A stretch of 64,000 bases of DNA from Candidatus Nomurabacteria bacterium RIFCSPHIGHO2_02_40_30 (GCA_001785445.1 MFTV01000010.1:19235-83234); one strand, 5' to 3'; shown: positions 26,947-36,510, numbered from the stretch's first letter. The notes: generated by a model from the sequence alone, not told the origin. Numbers and translations are program-made.

Positions 26947-27271
26947 AGCTTGCCCAGTATCGAGCTTCGCTCTATTTTGGGTTATCCACAGCCCTTATCT
27001 AAAAACTCTTGCTTTATATCTTTACCTATGCTACCATGCACTAGTGCATAGATGTAAGAGTGATGATGAGAAATAATATGAAAAATAACTTTCAAACAAA
27101 TAAAATAGAGAAATTATCAAACAAAGCTTGGTGGGGCGCAAGTTTCGCTTTTGCGTCTATTTGTTGATTTCTTTTTCTACTTAACCAAGCAAGGAATCCA
27201 CCAACCGGCGCAAAAATCGCTGGTTTTCTGGTTTTTGTGCTAGAAAAAATTGTTCTTCGAAAGGAAAATAT

Positions 27272-27430
27272 ATGACACAGGAAGAAAAAAATTCTTGCGA
27301 GCTTGTATCGCAAGAATTGGTTGGGACAGGACTACTTTCTCTGGAAAAGTTCAACGCTCTGTGCGAAAAACACGGCGTGGATCCGAAGCTTGTTAAGCTT
27401 TACAATATGGCGATTGCTTCGACGAAGTAA
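27272..27430 (+). CDS. Candidate small protein (52 aa) in a low-coding region
   Basis: ATG with upstream AAGGAAA. Product MTQEEKNSCELVSQELVGTGLLSLEKFNALCEKHGVDPKLVKLYNMAIASTK. It falls below the 60-aa ORF track cutoff. Confidence 0.3.
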   Translation: MTQEEKNSCELVSQELVGTGLLSLEKFNALCEKHGVDPKLVKLYNMAIASTK

Positions 27431-27949
27431 CTAACTTTCCTAAAAGGAGGTGATCTGATATGTGGCCTGCCGCAGACGAAGTCTGGTCCTAAGGGCTAAG
27501 TAAATAGCGTCTAGCCCAACGCAAAAATTTGGAGGCGTCGCTTGTTATGCAAGTGGCGTCACCAAATACTATTTCATTTAAATTAAAATTAACACTTGCA
27601 TTTTTGTGAGGGTTGGTTATACTAAAAAGGTGAATAAGAAAATACAAGCAAATAGTTATTATTTTTTCAGCTTTACTCAAAGTCTTAGAAGGCTGATATT
27701 TGCGCTGTAAAATCTCTCAACACAAAACTACAACTCAAAAATTAGCCCTCTAAAGGGGCTATTTTTTGTTCTTCGCCCAACAAAGGGCAGAAAGGAGGTA
27801 AAATGTTTTGTTTTTTTAACGGTCCATGGGATTACCCACTGGACAAAAAAAAGAAAAAGCGTCCCAAAAAATAGGGCGTAGAACGAGCAACACCGAAAGG
27901 AGAAATGTTGCTCGTTTTTTCATTTTATTCATGATAAAATGCTGTTACC

Positions 27950-29284
27950 ATGAAAGACAGAATTTATATAAAAGATTTGAAAGGTAATGTGGGCAAGGAG
28001 GTAGTTATTGCCGGATGGGTGGATGTGCGGCGGGACCAAGGTAAAATGGTATTTTTCGATATGCGGGATGTGACAGGTAAGGTGCAGGCTATTGCCGTAC
28101 CAAACAGAAAGGAGGTAATGGAAATTGCCGGGAAAATGAGACCTGAATGGGTTTTAAAAATTACCGGCATAGTCAACAAGCGTCCAGAGAAAAATATAAA
28201 AGCTGGAGTAGTAAACGGAAACGTTGAGCTTGAGGTAACAAATATTGAAGTACTTAGTCAGGCGACAGAATTGCCATTTGCTTTGGATGCCGAGCTTAAT
28301 TTTGATACTTATCTCGACTATTTACCGCTGACACTGCGCACAGAACGCGCCAGAGATATTTTCACTATGCAAGCCACGATTCTTGATGCGTATCGAAAGT
28401 CTTTGCAGACTCAAAATTTTAGTGAATTTGAAGCTCCAGCAATAGTGGGAGGTGATGCCGAAGGCGGAGCGGCCGCCTTCAAGGTGGATTATTATTATGA
28501 CCAGACTGCATATCTTGCCACCAGTCCCCAGTTTTATAAGCAAATTATGGTGGGACCGTTTGAACGCGCTTTTACTGTGGCAAAGATCTTTAGAGCTGAA
28601 AAAAGCGCCACAACACGACACTTAAGCGAAGCGACTTGCCTTGATTTCGAAATGGGCTTTATTGAGAATGAATTAGAACCCATGAAAGTTCTTGAAAATG
28701 CAATTCGCGATACTGTGAAAATAGTGGGAGAGTTGCATGGAGATATGTTTGCTCGTTTTAATACGACTGTGCCCGAAGTCCCAACCGAGATTCCCATTTT
28801 TACTCTTGCCGAAGCGCAAGCGTTAATAGCTAAAGAATTTAAAAGAACCATAGAAGATAGCAACGATATGTCCCCTGAAGACGAACGGCAGATTTGCGAG
28901 TATGCCAAGAAAAATCTTAAGTCTGATTTTGTATTTATCACTAGATTCCCAACAAAAAAGCGCGCCTTCTATACTTACGAGGAACCGTCAGAAACTCCAT
29001 ATTCCAGAGGTTTTGATTTGCTTTTCCGAGGACTGGAAATAAACAGTGGAGCGCAACGCATACACAATTATGAGGACCTTGTAAGACGCATCATAGAGCG
29101 AGGAATGAATCCTGAAAAGTTTTCATATTATTTGCAGACTTTTAAATACGGCATGCCTCCGCACGGGGGATCATCAACAGGCTTGGAGCGTTTCACGGCG
29201 CGAATGTTGGAACTGCCGAATGTAAAAGAAGCAACGGCTTTCCCTCGCGACATGAATCGCATTGACATAAGACTTTCAGAATAA
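27950..29284 (+). CDS. aspS: Class IIb aminoacyl-tRNA synthetase, AspRS/AsnRS type (archaeal-like short form)
   Basis: N-terminal OB-fold anticodon-binding domain. Class II motifs FRAEKS (motif 2), ...GGSSTGLERF (motif 3), and a FPRD C-terminus. At 444 aa it fits a non-discriminating AspRS or an AsnRS. Confidence 0.8.
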   Translation: MKDRIYIKDLKGNVGKEVVIAGWVDVRRDQGKMVFFDMRDVTGKVQAIAVPNRKEVMEIAGKMRPEWVLKITGIVNKRPEKNIKAGVVNGNVELEVTNIEVLSQATELPFALDAELNFDTYLDYLPLTLRTERARDIFTMQATILDAYRKSLQTQNFSEFEAPAIVGGDAEGGAAAFKVDYYYDQTAYLATSPQFYKQIMVGPFERAFTVAKIFRAEKSATTRHLSEATCLDFEMGFIENELEPMKVLENAIRDTVKIVGELHGDMFARFNTTVPEVPTEIPIFTLAEAQALIAKEFKRTIEDSNDMSPEDERQICEYAKKNLKSDFVFITRFPTKKRAFYTYEEPSETPYSRGFDLLFRGLEINSGAQRIHNYEDLVRRIIERGMNPEKFSYYLQTFKYGMPPHGGSSTGLERFTARMLELPNVKEATAFPRDMNRIDIRLSE

Positions 29285-29291
29285 ATTTATA

Positions 29292-29630
29292 ATGCTCTAT
29301 AATATTTCTGGTAAGGTTATCAAAGGGGATGGATATGGTAGAAAAATTGGTTTTCCTACCGTAAATTTAGCAAGAGACTTCAGCAAAGAGAAAGAATTTC
29401 CACCAGATGGAGTATATGCTGGAACTGCATTACTGGATAGTGTAGAATACAGAGCAGGAATTGTAATAGGTCCACTGGATAAAGTTGAAGCACATTTAAT
29501 AGGCTACGCCGGAGATGCTTACGGGAAAGAAGTAACTTTGCAAATAAAAAAATTTATAAGAGATTATAAAAAATTTAACACAGAGCAGGAATTGATTATT
29601 CAAATAAAAAAAGATATGGAATTATGTTAA
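29292..29630 (+). CDS. Riboflavin kinase domain protein (stand-alone RibF C-terminal domain)
   Basis: GKVIKGDGYGRKIGFPTVNL...PDGVYAG...GIVIGP...EAHLIGYAGDAYGKEVTLQIKKFIRDYKKF...QIKKD matches the riboflavin kinase fold motifs. Confidence 0.6.
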   Translation: MLYNISGKVIKGDGYGRKIGFPTVNLARDFSKEKEFPPDGVYAGTALLDSVEYRAGIVIGPLDKVEAHLIGYAGDAYGKEVTLQIKKFIRDYKKFNTEQELIIQIKKDMELC

Positions 29631-30523
29631 AAAATTACTCGGGCCCTGTTTTTATTATCGTCGCTGCATTTCTTTGGGCATTTGACGGGCTGATTCGTCA
29701 GCATTTGTATTCTCTGCCGCCCATAACCATAATATTCTTCGAGCATCTCTTTGGGCTTATAATACTGTTTCCTTTTGTTTATAAATATGTTTTAAAAACA
29801 CAGCTTACTAAACGGGATTGGTGGCTTTTGGTTTTGATATCAGTTTTAAGCGGGCTTTTCGGGACTTTGTGGTTTACCACAGCCCTTGGCAAAGTACATT
29901 TTATTTCTATATCAGTAGTATTTCTTTTGCAAAAACTTCAGCCTATATTTGCCATCACTACTGCCAGAATCTTTTTGAAAGAAAAGTTGGATAGTAAATA
30001 CATAAAGTGGGCGGTGTTGGCCATAGTTTCTGCATATTTTGTCACTTTCCCAAATGGAGTTGTGAATCTAGAGACTGGCGAGGGGACTATTATCGCTGCC
30101 TTGTATGCCCTCGGCGCAGCTTTTGCTTGGGGTTCATCCACCACATTTTCTAAAATGCTTTTAACCAAAGTGGATGCCAAGGTCAGCACTTTCTTCAGAT
30201 TTTTTATTACGGTACTTATAGCTTTTCCAATATTGATTTTATTTGGTCATGGAGGAAGCCTGCTCTCGCCAACTACTTCACAATTTGGATTTTTGGCCCT
30301 TATAGCTATCTCCACTGGCATGGTGGCACTACTTATATACTATAAAGGCCTAGCAAAGACTCCAGTGCATATCTCTACCATACTTGAGCTTACTTTCCCA
30401 TTTATCGCTATTTTTCTAGATATGACCATAAACGGCACTTCACTTGCATTTTCACAATGGGTAGGGGCTATCGTCCTTGTCTTTTCTATTTATCAAATCG
30501 CTAGATTGCGAGAACATTCATAA
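29624..30523 (+). CDS. DMT-superfamily (EamA-like) transporter
   Basis: 299 aa with about 10 TM helices arranged as two EamA-like halves. Confidence 0.6.
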   Translation: MLKNYSGPVFIIVAAFLWAFDGLIRQHLYSLPPITIIFFEHLFGLIILFPFVYKYVLKTQLTKRDWWLLVLISVLSGLFGTLWFTTALGKVHFISISVVFLLQKLQPIFAITTARIFLKEKLDSKYIKWAVLAIVSAYFVTFPNGVVNLETGEGTIIAALYALGAAFAWGSSTTFSKMLLTKVDAKVSTFFRFFITVLIAFPILILFGHGGSLLSPTTSQFGFLALIAISTGMVALLIYYKGLAKTPVHISTILELTFPFIAIFLDMTINGTSLAFSQWVGAIVLVFSIYQIARLREHS

Positions 30524-30540
30524 AAAGAAATTAGGAGCAA

Positions 30541-30625
30541 GATTTTTACCGGTACGGATTTTTTGAAGCTTAAAAAATCCTGAAGTTCTCGGCTCGTCAG
30601 CCTCAAAACCCCTCAAAAACCTTCT
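30541..30625 (+). repeat. RPE-like dispersed repeat, copy 2 (after the DMT transporter gene)
   Basis: ggattttttGAAGCTTaaaaaatcc. The stem carries a compensatory c>t / g>a change relative to copy 1. Confidence 0.7.
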
Positions 30626-30765
30626 CCCAATTTCTTTTTAACTTGTATAGCGAAACTCGTCGCAGGCGCACTTTTTAGAAAGCCTTGCGCAGGAAATTAG
30701 AAAATAAAGAAAGTATTCTTTCTGTTATTTTCTTGATTGACGAGCAGTTCGCTAGCAAAGCTTTG

Positions 30766-31617
30766 CTAGATAGATTGCTTTATAAAAAGTTGTGCCAAGG
30801 AAGAGTTTTGCTGTTCAATAGCGTTTGTCACAAAAAGGTGAGTACAGCCATTTTTTAATATTTTCTCGGCGATTTTTTCGCCAGCGAAAACTCCATGTGT
30901 CGTGCCTACTATTATTTTCTTTGCTCCCCGGGACTTTAAGTGTTCTATGGCCCGTATTATCGTGCCGCCGGTAGATATGATGTCGTCCAAGATGCAGACA
31001 TTTTTGCCACGCACAGGCACTTCTCCTTCCATTTTATGTATACGAGCATGAATCTGATTTTTTGTTGCCTTGCTTTCATGGCGTACCTTTTTCAAAGAAT
31101 GTCCTTGCGCACTTTCGGTAAAGTATGATGCACCTTCATCTGGAGAAATAACAACAAATTTCTCTTTGCCGAAATATTTTTTTGCATGAGCCAGAAGTTG
31201 TTTGCCCGCAGATATATTTTCTATCGATAGTCCTGCCCGAGAAAATTTTCCGGGACGGGATAAAAAATGACAATCATAAGTAATTAATTTCTTCACTCCA
31301 AAGTTTCTTAAAAGCTCACAGAGTACATCTGCACTTACTGCCTCACCGATTTTATTTTCTCTATCTTGCCTAGCGTAAGGGAGATAAGGTACAAAAAGCT
31401 CTATGTATTTTGTTTCCTTTTTTACGCGAGACAAAATGAGCAATAATTCAAAGATTCTTTTATCTGGTTCCGGAAACAGCCTGTGGTATATGGCCAACTT
31501 CTTGTTTTTTAGAGATTTGATACTAGGTATCAATACATAGGATTCAGTATCCGGAAAATGCTTGATTATAATGTTGGATTTCCCAAAGTCGGTGGCATAT
31601 GGGGTGATTAATTTCAT
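30766..31617 (-). CDS. prs: Ribose-phosphate pyrophosphokinase
   Basis: Start trimmed to MKLITPY (ATG complement at 31617) to avoid overlapping the divergent gene. PRPP-binding motif VCILDDIISTGGTI is present. Confidence 0.85.
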   Translation of the reverse strand: MKLITPYATDFGKSNIIIKHFPDTESYVLIPSIKSLKNKKLAIYHRLFPEPDKRIFELLLILSRVKKETKYIELFVPYLPYARQDRENKIGEAVSADVLCELLRNFGVKKLITYDCHFLSRPGKFSRAGLSIENISAGKQLLAHAKKYFGKEKFVVISPDEGASYFTESAQGHSLKKVRHESKATKNQIHARIHKMEGEVPVRGKNVCILDDIISTGGTIIRAIEHLKSRGAKKIIVGTTHGVFAGEKIAEKILKNGCTHLFVTNAIEQQNSSLAQLFIKQSI

Positions 31618-31631
31618 GCTAGAATAGTACC

Positions 31632-31967
31632 ATGGATTTATTAAAGAAAAAATGTGTGCCGTGTGAGGGCAGGGGAATAAAACCTTTTGATAGGGCTGAA
31701 GCGCAAGACTATGTGGATGAGTCTCACGGCTGGACCCTAAGTGAAGATGCAAAGGAAATTTCCAAAGAATATAAGTTCCAAGATTTTATCGGAGCAATAA
31801 ACTTCGTAAATAAAGTAGCCGACATTGCCGAAATGGAAGGCCACCATCCGGACATCCAAGTACACTATAACAAAGTTCTCCTAGAACTCTCTACTCACGC
31901 CATCGGCGGCCTCTCCGAAAATGATTTCATCGTAGCTACCAAAGTGGACGCGCATAATAGGTTTTAG
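31632..31967 (+). CDS. Pterin-4a-carbinolamine dehydratase (PCD/DCoH)
   Basis: W..S....I.KEYKF.DF..A..FVNKVA..AE..GHHPD....YN.V.....TH...GL...D is the PCD signature. Confidence 0.75.
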   Translation: MDLLKKKCVPCEGRGIKPFDRAEAQDYVDESHGWTLSEDAKEISKEYKFQDFIGAINFVNKVADIAEMEGHHPDIQVHYNKVLLELSTHAIGGLSENDFIVATKVDAHNRF

Positions 31968-32545
31968 CTAGGGAACTTGCTTTTGAAGACGAGGTCGGAG
32001 AGGGGCTTTCTGTCGCTTGGATTTTCGCGGGCGCGCAGAGGCTCGGGCAAATCTGCGACATTGCCATGTTTGCCGACGGCTATCATCATCTCAACGGTGT
32101 AGTTTTCTGGGATGCCAAGCTTTTCTTTGGCCAGAGCGTAATCAAAACCTTCCATGCCATGCGCTACGAGGTTCATAGTGGATGCCTGTAAAGCGAAGTT
32201 TTCCCATGCGGCACCGGTGTCGAATGAATGAGTGCGAGACACTGTGCCTTTATAATGTAGGTCATGTGAAATGGTCACAACAAGAGCGCTTGCATTTTTG
32301 CACCAGTCTTGGTTGAAGGGGATTAAGAGTGAAAACAAAACATCAAACTCCGGCGTGCCACGCATAGCATATATGAACCTCCATGGCTGCATGTTGCTAG
32401 CTGAAGGCGCCCAACGCGCAGCCTCAAAGAGGGTCATAAGCTCTTCCTCACTTATACTTTCCCCCGACATTGCTCGTGGCGAATACCTCTCCAAAAATAT
32501 GTCATCTATCTCGTATTCCGTTTTTCTTCCGTTCACAGTTTTCAT
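31964..32545 (-). CDS. Nitroreductase-family protein
   Basis: RYSPRAMSGESISEEELMTLFEAARWAPSASNMQPWRFIY is the nitroreductase N-terminal signature. The roughly 190-aa length fits. Confidence 0.75.
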   Translation of the reverse strand: MKTVNGRKTEYEIDDIFLERYSPRAMSGESISEEELMTLFEAARWAPSASNMQPWRFIYAMRGTPEFDVLFSLLIPFNQDWCKNASALVVTISHDLHYKGTVSRTHSFDTGAAWENFALQASTMNLVAHGMEGFDYALAKEKLGIPENYTVEMMIAVGKHGNVADLPEPLRARENPSDRKPLSDLVFKSKFPS

Positions 32546-33066
32546 CTATTTGTGATATTTTCTGTATTGGGTTTATTTTGATTTAGTTCATTTATTTTAT
32601 TTTGACTTATTAAATTCAGCCAACTAAAAATAATAAGGGTTATTATTGCGAAAGGAAGAGAAGTCAGCACAACATAGGTAGTTATTTTTGCACGAAATCT
32701 ATATTTTTTTATTTTATCATCTGTATCTATTTTTTTATTAAAATCACCATCGTAAGGAAATCCATGTGCTCTTTCTTCGTTTACTAATTGAAAGCTTCTC
32801 TCTGCTATTTTAGCTGTCACAAAGTGTGCTAAAAAATTAAAAGTTATAGGTAGGAATAAAAAACACCAAGAAATTAATAAAAAATAAGAGTGAGTAATAT
32901 AATTTTTTAAATACCCTATAAGACTTATTGTAAGTACAAATGATCCAGTACTTAAAACAAATATTATGTTATTCATTGAACGATAAGCCGTGTTACCTAG
33001 CTCTGTTTGTCGTTCTTGATTTATATCAGAAACCTGTATTAAATGATCTTTTCTTTCTTTATCCAT
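32542..33066 (-). CDS. Hypothetical membrane protein
   Basis: 174 aa with 3-4 TM helices and no recognisable family. Confidence 0.45.
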   Translation of the reverse strand: MDKERKDHLIQVSDINQERQTELGNTAYRSMNNIIFVLSTGSFVLTISLIGYLKNYITHSYFLLISWCFLFLPITFNFLAHFVTAKIAERSFQLVNEERAHGFPYDGDFNKKIDTDDKIKKYRFRAKITTYVVLTSLPFAIITLIIFSWLNLISQNKINELNQNKPNTENITNR

Positions 33067-33088
33067 ATTACATTATTATATACTAAGT

Positions 33089-35728
33089 TTACTCCAAAAA
33101 CCCTTCAATTTTCTTACCGTCTCTTTTGAGCCAAAGGGTGTTGCCTTCGAGGCGTTCGAGGACTTGCTGGATGGCGCGCTTGGCGCCCGGAGCGTCGTGA
33201 GTGGCAAAGAACTCTTTAAATGATTTCAAATGTTTTTCTTCAGCGCTGCCGGAAATAGCTTTTATAAGTCTCGCAAGTGTATGCCCGCCGTCGCCATAAC
33301 GCGAGACGAGAATTTTCCAATTTAATTTAATGCATTTAAGCCAAATGTCACGGCCCTCGGGATTGGCTCCTATGGAGGAGAGGATGCCTACAGTGTCTTG
33401 GGTGCGGACATGTTTCGACATTGCGAATTCGCAAGTAAGCTTTAGAATTTTTGGGTCAGAGAAGTCTCCCAGCACTCCGCCTATTCTATTCTTCTCTTCA
33501 TGTAATGTTTCTTTTTTATATTTTTCAATAAATATTTTATATTCTTTCATGCCACCACTGGATGCGACAACTGAATATACAGCTCCGCGAATGTCCGGAT
33601 TTATTTTTCCAGTTTTAAACATTGCTCTTGCTTTGTTTATTATTCCTGTGTGCCCGGAGCGTCCTAAACGAGAAATACAAAGGGAGCGAAGCAATGTGTC
33701 GGTATGCATTTCATTTTTTCTAGGACTCCATCCCAAGCGTTTCATGGTGGGGGAGAAAAGGTCGAGAATAAGTTTATCCAAATTACTTTTTGTGGGTCGA
33801 AGATGCCGAGCTTGTCGAGGTACTATCAATTGTTCAAGTCGCGCAAGGCCGAGAGCAATTTCAAGCCAAACAGTGTAATTGTCTTCCCCGCCTGCAACAG
33901 CTTTGCCGTAGGCATTGCGGGCAGGATTTTTATATGCAGATAAAAATTCTAATGCATCAGTAGTGGGTATAGTGCCAGCCTCCGAGAGAGCAAAGAGGTC
34001 GCGAATAACGCCGAGCCTGTCGCGAGGTGACAAAATCTTTCTCTCTACTGGCATTTTTAACTTTTCCAACAATTCTTTACTATATGCAGTCCTAAAGAAT
34101 CCCGTCTCTCCAAAGTTTACTTTTAAATAAGAGTTTTCTAAAATAAACTTTTTAAGGGGTTTGGCGAGCGACGGCGAGCCAATTTCAGGATTTTTCAAGC
34201 TTCGAAAAATCCGTACCGGCAAAAAGTTTGATTTTTGAGAACTCTGATACTGCACATTCGATGAATTATGTAAGGGCACTTGCCAGATAGTTTTATCTTT
34301 TGATTTTTTCTTTGAAATAGGGCTAGCGAAAAATCTTTCTTGCGAAAGAGCAAGTTTACCGTTTTTGATTTCAGCTTTGACGACAGGGTAGCCGGGTTTG
34401 CTGGTCCAATTGCGCATCATTTTTGCGACAGGCTTGCCGGAAACTTTTTCAAACGCTTGCCATAGGTGAAGCGTTTCGGTATTTTTATAACTGTGCTTTT
34501 TCAGATAGTGATGCAGGCCGGCTCGGAAATCTTTTTCTCCCAAGTAGCTCGCCAGCATGCGAATGACTGATGCGCCTTTGGCATACGAGACTTCATCAAA
34601 TATTTCTCCTATTTCATCCGGATGATGCACGGGTATCTCTATCGGATGTGTATTTAGTAGAGCATCCAAGTGCAATGCTCTACCGAGGTCGTTGGTAGAG
34701 AATTGTGTCCAAATGTCCCACTTTGGGAAAAGTTTGTCCACGGCGAGGTATTCTATATATGTAGCGAAGCCTTCATTGAGCCATAAGTGTGTCCACCATT
34801 CCATAGTTACAAGGTTGCCGAACCATTGATGGGCGAGCTCGTGGGCTATCACGAGCGCCACCCATTGTTTGTTGGAAACAGAAGAATGGTTTTCATCCAC
34901 CAAGAGCGCGCTTTCGCGATAGGTAACGGCACCCCAGTTCTCCATGGCTCCGGACTGGAAGTCTGGTATAGCTATCATGTCTAAAGTATTCAGAGGATAT
35001 TTTATATCAAAATATTTTTCATAAAATTCCAGAGTTTTCACTGCGCAGTCGAGCGCGAAGCCTGCCTGATGTTTTTTGCCGTGGGTGGTGTAGACGCGCA
35101 CTTGCACTCCAGTCTTTGTTTTCTTTTCAATATATTCGAAATCACCAACAATGAAGGCGAGGAGGTAAGTAGACATCTTGGGTGTAGGGTGGAACCGAAT
35201 GACTTCAAAACCACTTTCATGTTCTTCTACTGACTTTGGCAAGGTATTGGAAATAGCGGTTTTGCCTTTTGGCACTACAAGAGAGACATGGAATACTGCT
35301 TTCTGCGCCGGCTCGTCAAAACAGGGAAAAGCTCTTCGCGCATCGGTGGCTTCGAACTGCGTGGTGGCCATGTGGTGCTCTTTGCCATCTATGTAGTAGC
35401 GACTGCGATAAAATCCACGCATTTTGTCATTCAGTATGCCTTTGAATACTATGGTCAATTTATTTTTTCCGGCAGGAATATTTTCTGGGAAAGTGAAAGT
35501 TGCTGTCTCTGATTTTTCATCATAAGAAATTTTACCCCACATGTCAGACATGTGGGCAGTCTCGATTTCCAGCTCTTTAGAATGGAGAGTTAATGTCTTT
35601 GTCTTTTTTAAAATAGAGAGGGTAATGGTTTCAACTCCTTCAAAAGTGAAATTTTTCAAATCAGGACGTATCTTGAGGTCGTACTCTATCGGTATGACAT
35701 TTTTCGAAAGGCGAACGGTCTGTTTCAT
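33089..35728 (-). CDS. pepN: Aminopeptidase N (M1 family zinc metallopeptidase)
   Basis: GAMEN motif (QSGAMENWG) and zinc site HELAHQWFGNLVTMEWW...LWLNEGFA (HExxH-x18-E). Large C-terminal ERAP1-like helical domain. An internal segment at about 34150-34240 coincides with a dispersed 85-nt repeat. Confidence 0.9.
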   Translation of the reverse strand: MKQTVRLSKNVIPIEYDLKIRPDLKNFTFEGVETITLSILKKTKTLTLHSKELEIETAHMSDMWGKISYDEKSETATFTFPENIPAGKNKLTIVFKGILNDKMRGFYRSRYYIDGKEHHMATTQFEATDARRAFPCFDEPAQKAVFHVSLVVPKGKTAISNTLPKSVEEHESGFEVIRFHPTPKMSTYLLAFIVGDFEYIEKKTKTGVQVRVYTTHGKKHQAGFALDCAVKTLEFYEKYFDIKYPLNTLDMIAIPDFQSGAMENWGAVTYRESALLVDENHSSVSNKQWVALVIAHELAHQWFGNLVTMEWWTHLWLNEGFATYIEYLAVDKLFPKWDIWTQFSTNDLGRALHLDALLNTHPIEIPVHHPDEIGEIFDEVSYAKGASVIRMLASYLGEKDFRAGLHHYLKKHSYKNTETLHLWQAFEKVSGKPVAKMMRNWTSKPGYPVVKAEIKNGKLALSQERFFASPISKKKSKDKTIWQVPLHNSSNVQYQSSQKSNFLPVRIFRSLKNPEIGSPSLAKPLKKFILENSYLKVNFGETGFFRTAYSKELLEKLKMPVERKILSPRDRLGVIRDLFALSEAGTIPTTDALEFLSAYKNPARNAYGKAVAGGEDNYTVWLEIALGLARLEQLIVPRQARHLRPTKSNLDKLILDLFSPTMKRLGWSPRKNEMHTDTLLRSLCISRLGRSGHTGIINKARAMFKTGKINPDIRGAVYSVVASSGGMKEYKIFIEKYKKETLHEEKNRIGGVLGDFSDPKILKLTCEFAMSKHVRTQDTVGILSSIGANPEGRDIWLKCIKLNWKILVSRYGDGGHTLARLIKAISGSAEEKHLKSFKEFFATHDAPGAKRAIQQVLERLEGNTLWLKRDGKKIEGFLE
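34150..34240 (-). repeat. RPE-like dispersed repeat, copy 3, embedded in-frame in pepN
   Basis: Reverse-complement copy. It is translated within pepN as ...FLPVRIFRSLKNPEIGSPSLAKPLKKFILE... The copy 1 frame gives ...FSVRIFRSLKNPEVFGSSASKPLQKFILE. Confidence 0.65.
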
Positions 35729-35772
35729 TTAGTCAGTATATCTTTTTTCGTTAAAAATGCTAATATATAAGC

Positions 35773-36510
35773 GTGGAAAGCAAAACTTATCAAATAAAAA
35801 CAGGAAATTTCGAGGGGCCGTTTGGGCTACTTTTGGACTTAGTGGAAAAGCGCAAACTTTTCATAAATGATGTGTCTCTGGCCTCTGTTACTGAAGACTA
35901 TTTGCAGTACATGAATAAGCTAGGGGGCTTAAGCCCGGGAGAGGTTGCGAGCTTCATATTGGTGGCATCCACGCTTATTTTAATAAAGTCGAAGTCACTT
36001 TTGCCGAATTTAAATCTGACAACAGAAGAAGAGGGCGACATAAAGAATCTGGAAGAAAGGCTTCGCCTTTATGAGCTTTTCATGAAACTCGGAGGTAATA
36101 TAAAAAATAATTTCGGTAAGAAAATAATCTTTGCCCCACAAGAAAGAAAAAGTGAGGTGCTGATATTTTTGCCGGACGAACAGATAACCAAAAAGAGCAT
36201 GATGACTTTCGCGCAGGATGTCCTCGGCGCTATGCCGAAAAAAGTATTCTTGCCCGAAGTGGAAGTGAAAAAAGTCATCAGCATCGAAGAGATGATAGAT
36301 AAACTAACAGACAGAATAAAAAATTCGCTCAAATTAAATTTCAAAGATCTCAACGGCAAAGTCTCGAACCGCGAGGAGAAAGTGGTGGTCATCGTCGGGT
36401 TCTTGGCGATGCTCGAGCTTGTAAGGCAAGGAATTATGGATGCAGTGCAAGAGAATGATGGCGCAGACATTATTATGGAGAGAATAGAAATTACTGAAAT
36501 TCATGATTAA
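35773..36510 (+). CDS. scpA: Segregation and condensation protein A (GTG start)
   Basis: FEGPFGLLLDLVEKRKLFINDVSLASVTEDYLQYM is the ScpA N-terminal signature. Followed directly by an ScpB-like gene. Confidence 0.8.
   Translation: MESKTYQIKTGNFEGPFGLLLDLVEKRKLFINDVSLASVTEDYLQYMNKLGGLSPGEVASFILVASTLILIKSKSLLPNLNLTTEEEGDIKNLEERLRLYELFMKLGGNIKNNFGKKIIFAPQERKSEVLIFLPDEQITKKSMMTFAQDVLGAMPKKVFLPEVEVKKVISIEEMIDKLTDRIKNSLKLNFKDLNGKVSNREEKVVVIVGFLAMLELVRQGIMDAVQENDGADIIMERIEITEIHD

Noticed and set aside
27443-27455. AAAGGAGGTGATC, which is complementary to the conserved 3' end of 16S rRNA, suggesting an rRNA gene on the minus strand
   Set aside because: Flanking sequence does not continue the 16S 3'-terminal consensus (GGCTGGATCACCTCCTT), and there is no rRNA-like GC-rich block. 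It behaves as a Shine-Dalgarno-like string in front of a 9-codon frame.
33330-33878. 182-aa ORF antisense to pepN
   Set aside because: Contained in the well-supported pepN gene on the opposite strand. Spurious.
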